Shown here piece after piece: positions 18,982 to 29,944 of a DNA stretch of 64,000 bases; within the stretch, counting starts at the first letter, position 1; the number at the start of each line of letters is the position of its first letter. The notes beneath the pieces are model-generated. The model had not been told where the DNA came from. It did no database searches and was given only the letters and a program-made list of their open reading frames with translations. A program made the translations under genes and the position numbers. The stretch covers positions 215,340 through 279,339 of IMG/VR virus record IMGVR_UViG_3300044846_005229; one strand, 5' to 3'.

Positions 18982-19315
18982 TTTGCTTTGGTGTTTGATA
19001 AGAAATTGGAATGTCTATATCCTTGGTAAAGGAAATTTCGGATTGAACTCAGGAAGACCCAACCCATCCTGGAAGTTGCAAGACAATTAGCTGATCTGAC
19101 TTCTCAAGAATTGTCAGGCAGTAGTTTCTCCAAAACCCATAATCAGAAGGCAGTTCAACACCACAGTCAAAGCAAAAGTGCATGAGCAACGGTGAGAAGG
19201 CCACCAGTCCTTTCGAGGCAAGGTCGGCAAGTTCATAGGTGACGGCATCCATGCGGGTTTGTGTGACTGCAGGATTGCTATCGCCGTATGGTGCGGCTAG
19301 GTGGATTAAAGGCAT
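18951..19315 (-). pseudogene. DUF1937/nucleoside deoxyribosyltransferase-like gene interrupted by in-frame TGA at 19049-19051
   Basis: HLAAPY...FSPL...W...LPGWVGSS*VQSEISFTKDIDIPI continues family pattern GW..S.GV..EI past the stop. Confidence 0.65.
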
Positions 19316-19903
19316 TTTGCTTCTCAGCTTCTAATCTTCATGTCGGTCATAATTAACTCCCAGGAGACTACAAAGCTCACGGGCAAAGTCAATCTCACCT
19401 ACCCGGGCACCATCGTTAAAGGCATCATCATAGCTACCTGCATCTATCGGGCAGTATTCGTCTTCGTCGGACGATCGGTCTAAAGCGTGCCGCTGAGATG
19501 CTCTGAATTTAATTTTCGTGATTAAGCGGCTGATGACTAAGCCGTCAATTTTATCGCTGAAGGACAGAAGTTCAGGTTGGTTTTCCATTTGCGTTTATTG
19601 TGATTTGAGAATGATGCCAATGCCATGTTCGGTAACTACAGGTTCGTAACTCCGGAGATCCACAGGTTCTACGGTGTCCTCCTTGAGTGTTACCTTCCCG
19701 TCATTAAGAAACCTGAGGAAAGTTCTAGCCCTACTAATAGTCGCATTGGCTTGTCTAACTGCTTTTCTAGCCCCATAATGGTAAAGAACCCGTTCACACT
19801 CCTCCAGGCTAAATAGCATGTCAATAAACAAAGAATGGATTTCCTCTGGGGTGGCAGGTTGTTTGGTGCGTTCAGGCACGGAATTGGTTTCTGGCACACC
19901 TGT

Positions 19904-19932
19904 AGTATAGCATGTTAGACCCGGAAAGTCAA
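19904..19932 (-). promoter_or_regulatory. sigma70-type promoter
   Basis: TTGACT-17 nt-TATACT. Confidence 0.7.
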
Positions 19933-20031
19933 CGGGGATCACACCCTGGTGGCACTATGGTGGGAGTCCGTGTAAATGGTTTCCATTGCAGGTTTTTTCG
20001 TACGCGGGGGCAATGCGTGTGGTGTCATGAC

Positions 20032-20115
20032 TATCGTAGGTTGTTTGCTTCCGGGTGTGGGTGCGGATTCCCGTACAAAAAGGTTCGGTAATTACACCAT
20101 CGGGAGCCGAAGTCA
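20032..20115. repeat. intergenic promoter-cassette repeat, copy 1
   Basis: near-identical to 32765-32859 and 33231-33325. Confidence 0.9.
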
Positions 20116-20922
20116 ATCAGAAGCGAAGGGTCTCTTCACCGGGTTGCATCGTTTGCGGTGGGGCGGTCATCGTCTGGGCCGAATCGGTCATCGCAGGTAA
20201 TAGCAAGGCGCCCAGTAACCGGGGCTTGACCCAGATCGAGCCGGAATCCATACCCAGCGAGGCAATTGGATTGGCGTTGACGCTGGTGTGGGTTGATAGG
20301 TGTATTGGCTGCTCATGGCTATGCCCCCTCGGCATGGGGCAGCGGGATAGCGTGGGCGGTAATGAACCGCGCCTGAGCATTGTTCCATCGGCATATTGCG
20401 CGATGAACCGTTCCGCATTCCTTAGTTGAAGTGTGGCCGTTGTCACAATAAACCCGCCACATATCACGAAAATCCCAATCAAGAACCTTACCTTTTGCAT
20501 TACACCTTGCACAATTAGCTATTGCCGGGGTGTGTACTTTCTGCTTCACGCTTCCACCTCCCCGGCCTGGGGCGTCAGGATAGAGAGAGTACTTACATGC
20601 TCGTTCCATGCAGCTCGCAGATAATCTTTGTATACCTGGTAAGGGACACCCTTTTTAGAGCACGCTTCGATTACACTCTCTGCTTTTACGCCAGGGCCCC
20701 ATCTGTGTTGACAGCGACATTTAGCATAGTTACCATTATTAAAGACCCAAGTACGTGGAAACTCTCCGCAATTAGGGCATAGATCCCACCCGGCTGTGGA
20801 TTTAAGAGGTTCGTACCATTCGCCACAGCTGTCTTCCCACCTGTAGGTTTCAGTCATTGCCTGTGCGGTAGAGGTTGAATGTCGGTCAGTCATTTGGTTG
20901 GTTTTATCGCTAATAGGATTTA

Positions 20923-21480
20923 TCACGACCGCACCTCCCTGGCTTGGGGAATGGTAACAAGACCAGTAGGCGCAAGTCCACGGGCTATGCTGCCTATGAC
21001 TCGCAGCACAGAAAGATCCAATTCTTCCTGGGGCCCATTATTGTCGAAATAAATATCAGCATCACCTACTACAAGCTCCATTGAATATGCGCTTTCCGGT
21101 GGCCTGCGCTTTGAGGCGTCAACCCAGATAACGTGATCAAACAACCCAGCCTCGCGGCAGGCGTTAAATTCATCCCGTTTTCGCATTCCAACATACACAT
21201 CATACCCACGGCTCAACATTGTCTTGGCCGTTCTCGTCTTGTCGGGGGTATTGTATTCGGAAATTAAGTCTGCCCATGTTTTTCGGTGGTTTACTCGATC
21301 GGCAAACATCTCATCAAAGGTTTTGTAGCGCTGGCGGCCCCATGTGGGCCAAATAAATTCCTCTCCGACAAAAAGTGAAGAAGAGGAAAACGAGAGGTCC
21401 ATTTTGCCGCAGATTTTTTCGGCGACGGTATCCTTGCCGTGGCGGGCGTGGCCGATGATTAGGAGTTTGGGTTTAGTCAT
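20923..21480 (-). CDS. dNMP kinase-like P-loop protein
   Basis: LLIIGHARHGKDTVAE; start reassigned to MTKPK. Confidence 0.75.
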   Translation of the reverse strand: MTKPKLLIIGHARHGKDTVAEKICGKMDLSFSSSSLFVGEEFIWPTWGRQRYKTFDEMFADRVNHRKTWADLISEYNTPDKTRTAKTMLSRGYDVYVGMRKRDEFNACREAGLFDHVIWVDASKRRPPESAYSMELVVGDADIYFDNNGPQEELDLSVLRVIGSIARGLAPTGLVTIPQAREVRS

Positions 21481-21502
21481 TTTGGATAAGTGGTGTGGTC
21501 GC

Positions 21503-22392
21503 TCATGGCTGGGACTCCACGGCATGGGGTAAAGGAATGGCATTGTGAGGGAGCGTGTGGGTTTCTTGACCGTTTGACCGGCTATAGCTCCAGTTGCTAT
21601 ACCTTGAGTCACTCTCCGGGTGAAACCTCCAGCACTGCCCTTCCGCATCGTAATACTCCTCCTCTAATGGCTGTTCACTCGTTGCCACCGGCACCCCGCC
21701 GGGGCGGGCTTGGCTATTGCCAGGCGAACCTCGGTAGCCACGTCCAGTAAGAACGAGTCCGAGCAGCTCTGATTCACTAGCCCGCCAACGGCCTGGCCGC
21801 AGTCAATCAAAACATATCGAAGAAAGGCAGCACGCGATTCCTGCTGCTGAAGCAACGTGGCGGCGCGGGCGAGCTTGGCGCTTGCGTCGGGGTACTCATC
21901 AGCGGTCTTGGCAACCCCTTCCCCTAGCCACGTCACCAACTCCCTTACCTCCGCAGCGAGCACCTCTGGCGCTGGCAAGGTGGCGGGACGGCCCCAATGC
22001 TCCAGCGCCTCGCCGATCAGCGCAGTTAGCTGGCTCTGGGCCACGGCGGGCCAACCATCGGGCCAGTCAGGGCGGCTTTCAATCCCCCGATCAATAGCAA
22101 CATCGCCGTCGTCTGTTTCCGGCGCTGGTGGGGTGGCGGGGGTACGGTTCAGCGCTCGGACAACCTCCTCGATCGGAACCATCGCCCCATCAAAAAGAAT
22201 TGCGGCGCCGTCTCCGCAGACACCTTCAGACCAGCGACCCTCCCCCCCCGGCTGAGCCAGGGCGGCTCGGGCGCGGGTGATCAGATCGCGGTATTCGTGA
22301 TAGGGGTTGGCGCCGTCGTATTCAGCCAACGGTTGCAATAGCTCGGCACACAGTGCGCGAAAGTCAGTGTTAATGTCTGGGTTAGTCATCAT
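21503..22392 (-). CDS. mosaic phage protein, probable frameshift near 21695
   Basis: DFRALCAELL...RARAALAQP modules; C-terminal PVA.SE...DAEGQCW module lies in another frame after a G-run. Confidence 0.55.
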
Positions 22393-23513
22393 AGTAAGTT
22401 TTCGGGTTCCAGGGGTGGAACGGTAAGGTTTCCCCAACGGGCGAGAATGGCGCGGGCAAAGGCGATCACGTGGTAACTGTGCGTTGCATGGCTCCACGTA
22501 GCAAGCCACAAAGCGTCTAGCTCGGCTGTAGTCGGCATCTCCCCCTCCGGCTCGGCCAAAGCAGCGGGCGGCACCAGCCACTCCAGGTTGCACTGCTCGC
22601 ACTGGGAGATAAATGCTTCCAGCGATTCGGCCCAAACGTGGCCGATCCCGCGTGATCCAACCTGCACAAGCTCGGGAGACCATTCGGGTGAATGAACGGT
22701 TCTGGCTATGTCTCGGCAAGTGTCAGCCTTGCCATGATCCAAGTCAACAATACAGACGATTGCTGCGGTATGGGCCAGTTCCCAAAGCTGGCGATAATCG
22801 CGTGAGGTTGGGTAGTTGGCAGTTGGGACGATCATGGTGCCTCCGTTGCGGTGATTTGCTGTTGCTCTAATCCTGAGGCAATAAATACCCCCCTCAACTT
22901 ATCAACTACATCTGTTTTGAACGTCTCAACCTGCGAACGCAACTCTTCCAAAGAGTCGCATTCAAACGGTTTCTCTTGCATTTCTTCGCCCAGGATCAAT
23001 ACAGTCACGGTGCCATCCCATTTTGGTCCGTAGTGGGTCTTTGGGGGATAGAAGCGACTGCTAAAACTAACCACTGGCCCGTCATAGTCCAATTTAAATC
23101 CGCAATCCCATCTCCAGGTCGGCTCATGCAGCTTGTAACTATTGGTGTTGGCCTGTGATTCCCATTGGTAGGCCTGGTCCCAACTGGTTGGGCAATCTCC
23201 CAAAGGTTCACCGCCATCGAAAATAATTTGGTTGTTTGTGGTGGGCATGTCAATGTGGTTGGTGCTCATGTTGCCTCCTTAATTGGAATACACAGCCAGT
23301 AGCGATGCTGTTCGTTGACGCGGTGGCTAGGCCTTTCTGGGTCGATATCCCAGGTTGTACGCGCCTCCATCAATGGATAGTCAGCGCCGGGAAAGCCATA
23401 GCTAGTAAACATATCGCATTCAAATGATGCTGTGCCAAATGGCACAAGCTCAGGGTGCCGAGCGCGAATCGCTGCGAAGACTCTGAGGCTGGTTTCGATT
23501 GTTCTGTAGTCCT

Positions 23514-24569
23514 TCATCGGTCAACCTCCCGGCGAAGATCATTGGCGCTGCCTTTGTTCCCGACAAGATCAAGCCAGGCCGCTACCTCGCGGATTGCGGC
23601 GCGGGTTGCCTCTTCATCGCTGGTCGCCATGCCTTTCCAGAAAGAGTGTAAGGCACTCTTCACCAATCCCCCGGCAGGCAAGACCGGTGAAGCAGGTTGG
23701 GCGACAACATCAGATTGCCCCCACCGATTGATTTCGGCCCACTCTTGGTCAGTGTATTCGCTCTCGCCATTCACATGGGGGGCGGCAAGTTGGGTAACTG
23801 GCGGGGCAAGCTCCCGTAGGTCAACCAGGGACTGCGCCGCAGGATCTCCCCACTTTGCTTGCTTGTTTATGAAGGCCCACGCCTTTGCGTCCAGATCTTG
23901 TTCTGAATAGGGGCCAGGCGGGATTTGCTCCGATTCGGGCTGGGTCAGGGCACCCCGCTCTTCCCCCGGATACGGATCGCAAACCTCCAACCGTGCGCAT
24001 GTCATTGCAGTCTGCTCCAAAACATCACCCCAGGGGATACCGGCGTTTTCCGTAATCGACATTAATACCAGCAAAACATCAGCAGCTTCACTGAGCGGAT
24101 CGCCATGCTTGCCCCGGAGGGCTTCGGTCAACTCGGAAGCTTCCAGGTGAAGGTACACGCCTCGGCTAGACCAACTAAGGTCCCACCCGCGCTTTTTGCA
24201 CATGGCCAACACACGGGCTGGCAGTGCGTTTGGGGGCTGAGCGGCTCCGAAGTCGTTTGCCTCTATTAAATCAATGGCGTCCAGAATCCGAGAACAATGC
24301 CATACTCGTTCGTTATAGTCCTCTGATTCGTCTGCCAACACGGCACGCAAACCGATAACAATTCCTTCCCATGTCATTCCAGTTCCCCCAGGGGGCTGAG
24401 TGGCGGCCTCTGACGAGGCCAAAGCGTCTTCAATCTCAGACAAAGTCTTCTGTACGTCAAGCAACTGAGCGTCCTTGGATTCTGCTGAGACGCAGCAAAG
24501 GCCCTCAGACACCTCATTCAATGCCTCTTTAACCTTCTCGGAGCATAGTGCCATAAGATTGCTATTCAT
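23514..24569 (-). CDS. mosaic protein with MazG-like NTP pyrophosphohydrolase domain
   Basis: LHLEASELTEALRGK.GDPLSEAADVLLVL. Confidence 0.7.
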   Translation of the reverse strand: MNSNLMALCSEKVKEALNEVSEGLCCVSAESKDAQLLDVQKTLSEIEDALASSEAATQPPGGTGMTWEGIVIGLRAVLADESEDYNERVWHCSRILDAIDLIEANDFGAAQPPNALPARVLAMCKKRGWDLSWSSRGVYLHLEASELTEALRGKHGDPLSEAADVLLVLMSITENAGIPWGDVLEQTAMTCARLEVCDPYPGEERGALTQPESEQIPPGPYSEQDLDAKAWAFINKQAKWGDPAAQSLVDLRELAPPVTQLAAPHVNGESEYTDQEWAEINRWGQSDVVAQPASPVLPAGGLVKSALHSFWKGMATSDEEATRAAIREVAAWLDLVGNKGSANDLRREVDR

Positions 24570-25402
24570 GGTTTTTCTGATTGGTAATTGGTGGTTGATT
24601 GTTGATGGTTTAATAAAGCTTTCAACTCAGCTATTTCAGCGGCCTGTCGTTGTTCAAGAGTGGGGGGCTTGGGTATCGCACGGTACGCGGCTAGGGCGTC
24701 TTCTTTCGTGGGCCAACTGAATTTATTTAGGAATTCTAGGTATGTAAGGGAGTTGGGCAACCACCATTCACTTTCTTTATTTAAATAGTGGTTCCGGTCT
24801 CTTACTACCCACTTTGTGTTCCCACGGTCACACGCTTCAATATAAATTTCGCTGTGATGGTGTGTATAATGGAACCTAAAAGGTACTGGCTCCGGTATGG
24901 CCCCCGAAAAAGAAGGCTCTTTGATCCAACGGACTAAGCCCAAAAGGGTATCCGTAGCATCCATTGATTCCCAATCGTCATCTCCGTCGTACCTATTGAG
25001 TCGTTCAGTGTAAACCCAGCGTAGTGTACCGTCCACATTTTGTTCTAAATCACCATCAATAAACCCCTGACCAGCCAAAAAGCGTAGAATCTCGTCGTCA
25101 GTCCTAGTATATTTGGTACCACCAGAAAGCTCAGAAATTCTATCATCTTGCTTCGAGATGAATTCAGAGGCTCGGCGAAGTAGGCCAGGAGAAACCTCGT
25201 GGCACTGACCAAAGTAATCTAAACTGTGGGCCGTCACCCATAGAGAAGACACGAGATCTATTAGCTCCTTTTCATCTATTGGGTTCGTTTGGTTTGTGGT
25301 GTTGTCAATCTCGCTTAGCAAGGCAGTTCTATACTGCCCCATTGATTGAAAACTCATAGCGAAATCATCGTCAGCGATTAGGCTTCGAATATCGTTTGTC
25401 AT
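24566..25402 (-). CDS. hypothetical mosaic protein
   Basis: long ORF, ATGA-coupled to downstream gene; start taken at MTNDIR. Confidence 0.7.
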   Translation of the reverse strand: MTNDIRSLIADDDFAMSFQSMGQYRTALLSEIDNTTNQTNPIDEKELIDLVSSLWVTAHSLDYFGQCHEVSPGLLRRASEFISKQDDRISELSGGTKYTRTDDEILRFLAGQGFIDGDLEQNVDGTLRWVYTERLNRYDGDDDWESMDATDTLLGLVRWIKEPSFSGAIPEPVPFRFHYTHHHSEIYIEACDRGNTKWVVRDRNHYLNKESEWWLPNSLTYLEFLNKFSWPTKEDALAAYRAIPKPPTLEQRQAAEIAELKALLNHQQSTTNYQSEKP

Positions 25403-26625
25403 GTTTGTTTTAGGGGTTACAAGGTTTGTCAGAAAAGGTTTAATGCCATCGCCTGGGCCCAATACAGGATCAGGGTCTAAAGGGCAATTATGACGTTGAG
25501 TTTATTACCAGTGGGGACATCAAAATAAATTTCAAAGTCCGGGGAGTGTTTAGTTGCCATTTCCCCAAAGCTCTTCATAAGTTTGCTTGATGGTGTCTTC
25601 CTTATTAAGTGGGTGATTGTCACTCCATTCGCCAATTTCTTTTGATTGAATAGACATTATCTTTGGGTAGAGGTGCCTTATGTTTTCAATGAAATACACA
25701 ATATCATCTTCAGGCATGTCCTCAAAACCCAATACTAAAACTTCAACTTTGTATGCTTTCATTGTCCCCCGGTTGCTTCGAAACACCCCTGATCGTAACC
25801 TTCGTCGTACATTTCTTGGGCAAATTTTAGAAGTCCATGGAGGAGCTTAGATTTTACGACGAATGACGATGGTTCAATTCTTACTAGGTCACCCATGCCA
25901 TCTATAGCTGACCCCTTTCTGATAAAGTTGAAGTGTTGACTAGCAATCTCAAAAATTTGTTCGTCAGTCATTATCGAAATAGTGTAGGTTGGTTTGGGGG
26001 GGGGGGGGGGGGGTTCCCCATGTAGCTATGGTACTCTAATCGATGGGCCAGGTAAAGGCCGGTTAACCGCCCTACCCGTCAAACTCTGAAAGTTCTTTCT
26101 TAGCGGCTTCCTTCCCAAGCAATCTCCTTTCTTTTTTATGCAAGACCTTTCCATGAGAACAAAGTTTGCATCGTGGGTTTCCGCAATCGAGTGGGTCTTT
26201 GCTATAGACCTTGCCAAAAGTGATGCAATCAGGGTTAATGCCGTTATTCAAACTACCTAGCAATCTTAACCATTTATTCCTCAAACGTTCCGCATGGTGG
26301 CGTCTTCGGGCTGACTTTGCCATTTTGGTTCTAGGGCCCTGGACAATTGATTAAACTACTGGGGCTATGGACGAAGAGGACCAGCTCGTCCTGATCCAAG
26401 TAACCAGCCACCAATAAGACTAAAAAAATGTGCCAAAAAAATGTGTCAGGGAAAGGTCCTGGAATTGCGAAGCCAATGGAGACTAAAAGGGTTGCGACAG
26501 TGAGTAGAATGTAAGGGTTAGGCATTGGGTTTTGTAGAGGGGTGATCCGATGCCATTATAGGGCAAGTTTTCCCTGGGGAAACGGTCGGTTTTCCGAACC
26601 CATGGTTAAAACTCCGAAGCCAAAA

Positions 26626-26707
26626 TACCGAATGTCGGACTCGAACCGACACGCCTTGCGGCAATCGCTTTTGAGGCGGCCATGACTACCAATTCCATCA
26701 ATTCGGC
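26626..26707 (-). tRNA. trnL: tRNA-Leu(CAA)
   Basis: cloverleaf with long variable arm, loop CT-CAA-AA, GTTCGAGTC T-loop. Confidence 0.88.
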
Positions 26708-26835
26708 ATTTGCCCTGAGTAGCCAGCTCAAGGACTTTTTGGATGTTTGAACCGTCGCTCATTTCACCCTCCATTTTGATATGGGAGATGGGCTCCTTTA
26801 AGGAGTTAACTCCCGAGCAAGTTACTGATTGCTCA

Positions 26836-26949
26836 CCGATAGAATTTTGCTAACCTAAGTTAACAATGCACAGGTATTAATACCTGAGGGGCTATCTCCC
26901 AAAGTCTCAAGAATTCTTGAGACGCTTTTTACCCAGATATTCCGGGCAC
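26836..26949. repeat. 114-bp exact repeat, copy 1
   Basis: identical to 42372-42485. Confidence 0.95.
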
Positions 26950-26986
26950 ACCGTCTCTTTTTGGCTGGCCCAGAGAAGACGGGCTA

Positions 26987-27067
26987 TGGGGGCAGGGGGA
27001 CTCGAACCCCCACGGCCGAAGCCAGAAGTTTTTAAGACTTCCGTGTCTACCATTCCACCATGCTCCC
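26987..27067 (-). tRNA. trnL: tRNA-Leu(TAA)
   Basis: GAAGT-CT-TAA-AA-ACTTC, long variable arm. Confidence 0.92.
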
Positions 27068-27424
27068 TTGTGTGCCCCATCATAGCACCCCTTGGGTAAA
27101 AGTCGGGGCCTTTGGGGTTAGTTCGTGGCTAAATCCGAAGATGAACTAAACCCAAAGCAAACCCCTAGCCAATCAACCAATACTCAAGTAAGCCCTAGCC
27201 TCTACAATTTCCAAGCCATCCCCACCAAAGGTAAACGAAGTTTGGACTCCCCTGTGATTTGAAAATGGGCTAGAGATTGTCACCGTTAGGGAATTAGGGT
27301 TATCTAACTCCCCATAGGAAACTCTGCCCAGGGTCAACCAGTTAGATTGGAATCTATTGATGATAGACTCTTTTGAAAGTCGTGGGTATTGGAATTGCAT
27401 TTGTTTGCTAAGGCTGCCCCTAAA

Positions 27425-27868
27425 TCAGGCAGTGAGTACACATGGGGTAGATTTACCCAACTTGCTGAAATTGGCTGTTGTCACTAGTTTTACTGATTGA
27501 CTGCCGGACATCTTGGCATCCGATTGAGCACCAGCCAGCAATTTCATTTGCTTGAGGGTAGCCAGCATTTCGGTAGCTTCCTTGGCGCCATCACGGTTGG
27601 CGATAGCAAGTTTGGAATGGTTTTTGCGGGCAGAGCCATAATCACTCCCATATTGCGCCCACCAAGCATCTTGCTGCTCGATGTCCCAATCATAGGAAAA
27701 CACAGGCACATCAGAGACGGCGTGTTGGTTGGTGCGGATTTGATTTTTGCGGTTGCGTTGGCCCTGGCTGAGTTGGCTGTAGGCTTGTTTCCAGTCGGCA
27801 ATGGCTTGAAGGTAGGTTTCCTTAGTAGTGAAGGCGGTGAAGGTGGTGAATGCGGCTAGAGTTGTCAT
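27425..27868 (-). CDS. hypothetical protein
   Basis: 147 aa ORF behind promoter-like sequence. Confidence 0.7.
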   Translation of the reverse strand: MTTLAAFTTFTAFTTKETYLQAIADWKQAYSQLSQGQRNRKNQIRTNQHAVSDVPVFSYDWDIEQQDAWWAQYGSDYGSARKNHSKLAIANRDGAKEATEMLATLKQMKLLAGAQSDAKMSGSQSVKLVTTANFSKLGKSTPCVLTA

Positions 27869-27963
27869 TGTTTTTGTTGTGTGTGTGTGTTTCGGTGTGG
27901 GCTATCGACCGAGTTAGTGTAAGATGGGCCCGTGGTCGGGGCAATACGGTAAACCGACCAGGT

Positions 27964-28518
27964 TCATTTAGGGTGGGTGTCTGCTGATCTAAAACCCACT
28001 TGAGTGGGCCTGCTGTTCGGACCCTTGAACGGCACATTAACTCTGTGATCCACTATCGTTACCGGTGAATCTAAACTCAAAGTGTTACCCCCCAGATTAA
28101 TTCTTTTCACTTGGACATACTCTGCAACTTTTTGCAGATCTTCAAGTACCGCGCCACCGTTGGCCACGACCATGTCAGCAACTGCCATCAGGCTCCGGTA
28201 CTGCTTATCGTCAAACTTTAAGCCGTTGGCTTCTTTGAGAATACACAGAATAACTTTTTCTGGCCTTTTATTACTATCATCTACTACCTCAGCAATAGAG
28301 TAAAACCCTTTTATTTCAGGCGTAATGACATAGAGGCAAAAATCGCAATTTTTTCTTTGCTCAATTTCCTCAAGCCGTGCCCTGTCTGTCCATTCTTCGA
28401 CTACGGGGTTAAAATATCCCAGCAGCCGCTGCTCCAGTAGGATTATAAGTTCTTCGCGCCAAGTGGATCCATTACAAGTGCCCCCAAGGAACACTTTTGT
28501 TTGATTGTCTGAAGTCAT
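27964..28518 (-). CDS. nucleoside 2-deoxyribosyltransferase-like protein
   Basis: KVFLGGTCNGSTWRE, YFNPVVEEW, LYVITP..KGFYSIAEVVDDSNKRP. Confidence 0.8.
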   Translation of the reverse strand: MTSDNQTKVFLGGTCNGSTWREELIILLEQRLLGYFNPVVEEWTDRARLEEIEQRKNCDFCLYVITPEIKGFYSIAEVVDDSNKRPEKVILCILKEANGLKFDDKQYRSLMAVADMVVANGGAVLEDLQKVAEYVQVKRINLGGNTLSLDSPVTIVDHRVNVPFKGPNSRPTQVGFRSADTHPK

Positions 28519-28627
28519 TTTGCTGGTGTTTGTATGTTGGTGAACTTGCTGTTAAAGCTGTGTTTGTTACGAGCCTATTGTAGCTTAAAGGGGGAGCTGA
28601 GTCAAGGGGGAGGCCAAACCCCGACCA

Positions 28628-29860
28628 TCACTCAATCCAATGGGGGACCACTCGGCTTGTGTCAAGGACAATCGGCCGGTCATGATCCCTAATGATGATG
28701 CCTGCGGGTTCATTACCGACAACCCAAGACCCGATGACTGCCCGATTGTCGCCGTCCTGGAAAAGATCGGCTTTTTTCTGGTAGATGCGGGGTCCATCAT
28801 ACATGCCAGTAGTTCTAGAGGTTACCACACCTGACTCAACAATGTCAATGTTGGCCCCTTCCCGGCTCAGCATAGGCTTTACCACGTAGGATGTGGGATT
28901 TAGTTTTCCGGATGAAAACGCCTCTAATTGTTCTGGTGTTCCATGCTCCCGGAGATTCAGCCAATCCCAATCATCCACCGGGATGCCACCCTCAGTGAAA
29001 CTGGCTGGAAGGATGTTAGGGTGGTCTGGAAACATCTCATGGAGAATAGGCAAGATGCCCTTATTGCTCAGGATTGATTTCCAGATTGGCTCTACAATTC
29101 CAGAGGAACCTTTAATAGTGTGTAATCCAAACTCATCTCCCATCATCCATTCCCATGGGTATAGCTTGAACCAATACTTAATCGGATTCTCTTGGATGTC
29201 AGTGAAGTTTTCTCCATTCCAGCCAATGTCCCCCAAATCAATAAAATCTGTAGTTAACCCAGCCTGAGTAGCTAAATCTTGGAAGTAAACCAGGGTCTGA
29301 TACTCCTCTAGGCTTTCAGAATAACCTGCAAATACAAACTTGTGGCCGAACGGTACCCTTTGCCTGATTTCCTTGAATTGGTCAATAAGTTTTTCATGCA
29401 AAGAGTTGAATTGGTCTTTTCCGGGCTTAACATCCTGCAACCAGAACCATTGCATTAGCGCCGATTCAATAACCATTGTAGGAGTGTCTGCATTGTATTC
29501 CAACATCTTAGGTTGGCTGTCCCCCGTATATGCAAAGTCAAACCTGCCATATAAAGATGGGTCGCATTGCTTCCAGGATTTGGAAATCGCGGAGTGGTAT
29601 GCTGAGGGAATTCCGATTTTTGCCATTAACTCTGAATCACCCACAACCTTGTCCACAGCATCGAGGCACCGGAGTTGGCATTCCCGTGTGGCATCTTCAA
29701 GTTCGTCAATTTCAGCCATAGAAAACTCATAGGCCACAGATTCATCCCAATAGGTTCCCTCCCCATCTTTTGATGAGGTACCCGATGTGTGGTAGGTGAA
29801 CCCAATCTCTTCAGCTTTTTCTTGCCAATTAACGCGAGGTTGTAGGGTGTGACGTTTCAT
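28628..29860 (-). CDS. glutathionylspermidine synthase-family ATP-grasp ligase (YgiC-like)
   Basis: YWDES, LYGRFDFAY, KMLEYNADTPT, DQFNSLHE, FKLYPWEW, EPIWKSILSNK, KPMLSREGAN, IGSWVV. Confidence 0.93.
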   Translation of the reverse strand: MKRHTLQPRVNWQEKAEEIGFTYHTSGTSSKDGEGTYWDESVAYEFSMAEIDELEDATRECQLRCLDAVDKVVGDSELMAKIGIPSAYHSAISKSWKQCDPSLYGRFDFAYTGDSQPKMLEYNADTPTMVIESALMQWFWLQDVKPGKDQFNSLHEKLIDQFKEIRQRVPFGHKFVFAGYSESLEEYQTLVYFQDLATQAGLTTDFIDLGDIGWNGENFTDIQENPIKYWFKLYPWEWMMGDEFGLHTIKGSSGIVEPIWKSILSNKGILPILHEMFPDHPNILPASFTEGGIPVDDWDWLNLREHGTPEQLEAFSSGKLNPTSYVVKPMLSREGANIDIVESGVVTSRTTGMYDGPRIYQKKADLFQDGDNRAVIGSWVVGNEPAGIIIRDHDRPIVLDTSRVVPHWIE

Positions 29861-29944
29861 TTTGCTGTTTGGGTTGGCGGGTTGGTGCCCGGTATGATAA
29901 TTTGGGAGTCTACCCAGCCACTATAGCACAGCTTAACCCTGCAA

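Noticed and set aside
19049-19051. Genome-wide stop-codon recoding
   Set aside because: Single case; TGA, TAG and TAA all terminate well-conserved genes, and no suppressor tRNA was found.
26836-26949. IS/MITE or diversity-generating retroelement explanation for the exact repeats
   Set aside because: No terminal inverted repeats, target duplication, transposase or reverse transcriptase; the copies have no adenine-specific mismatches.
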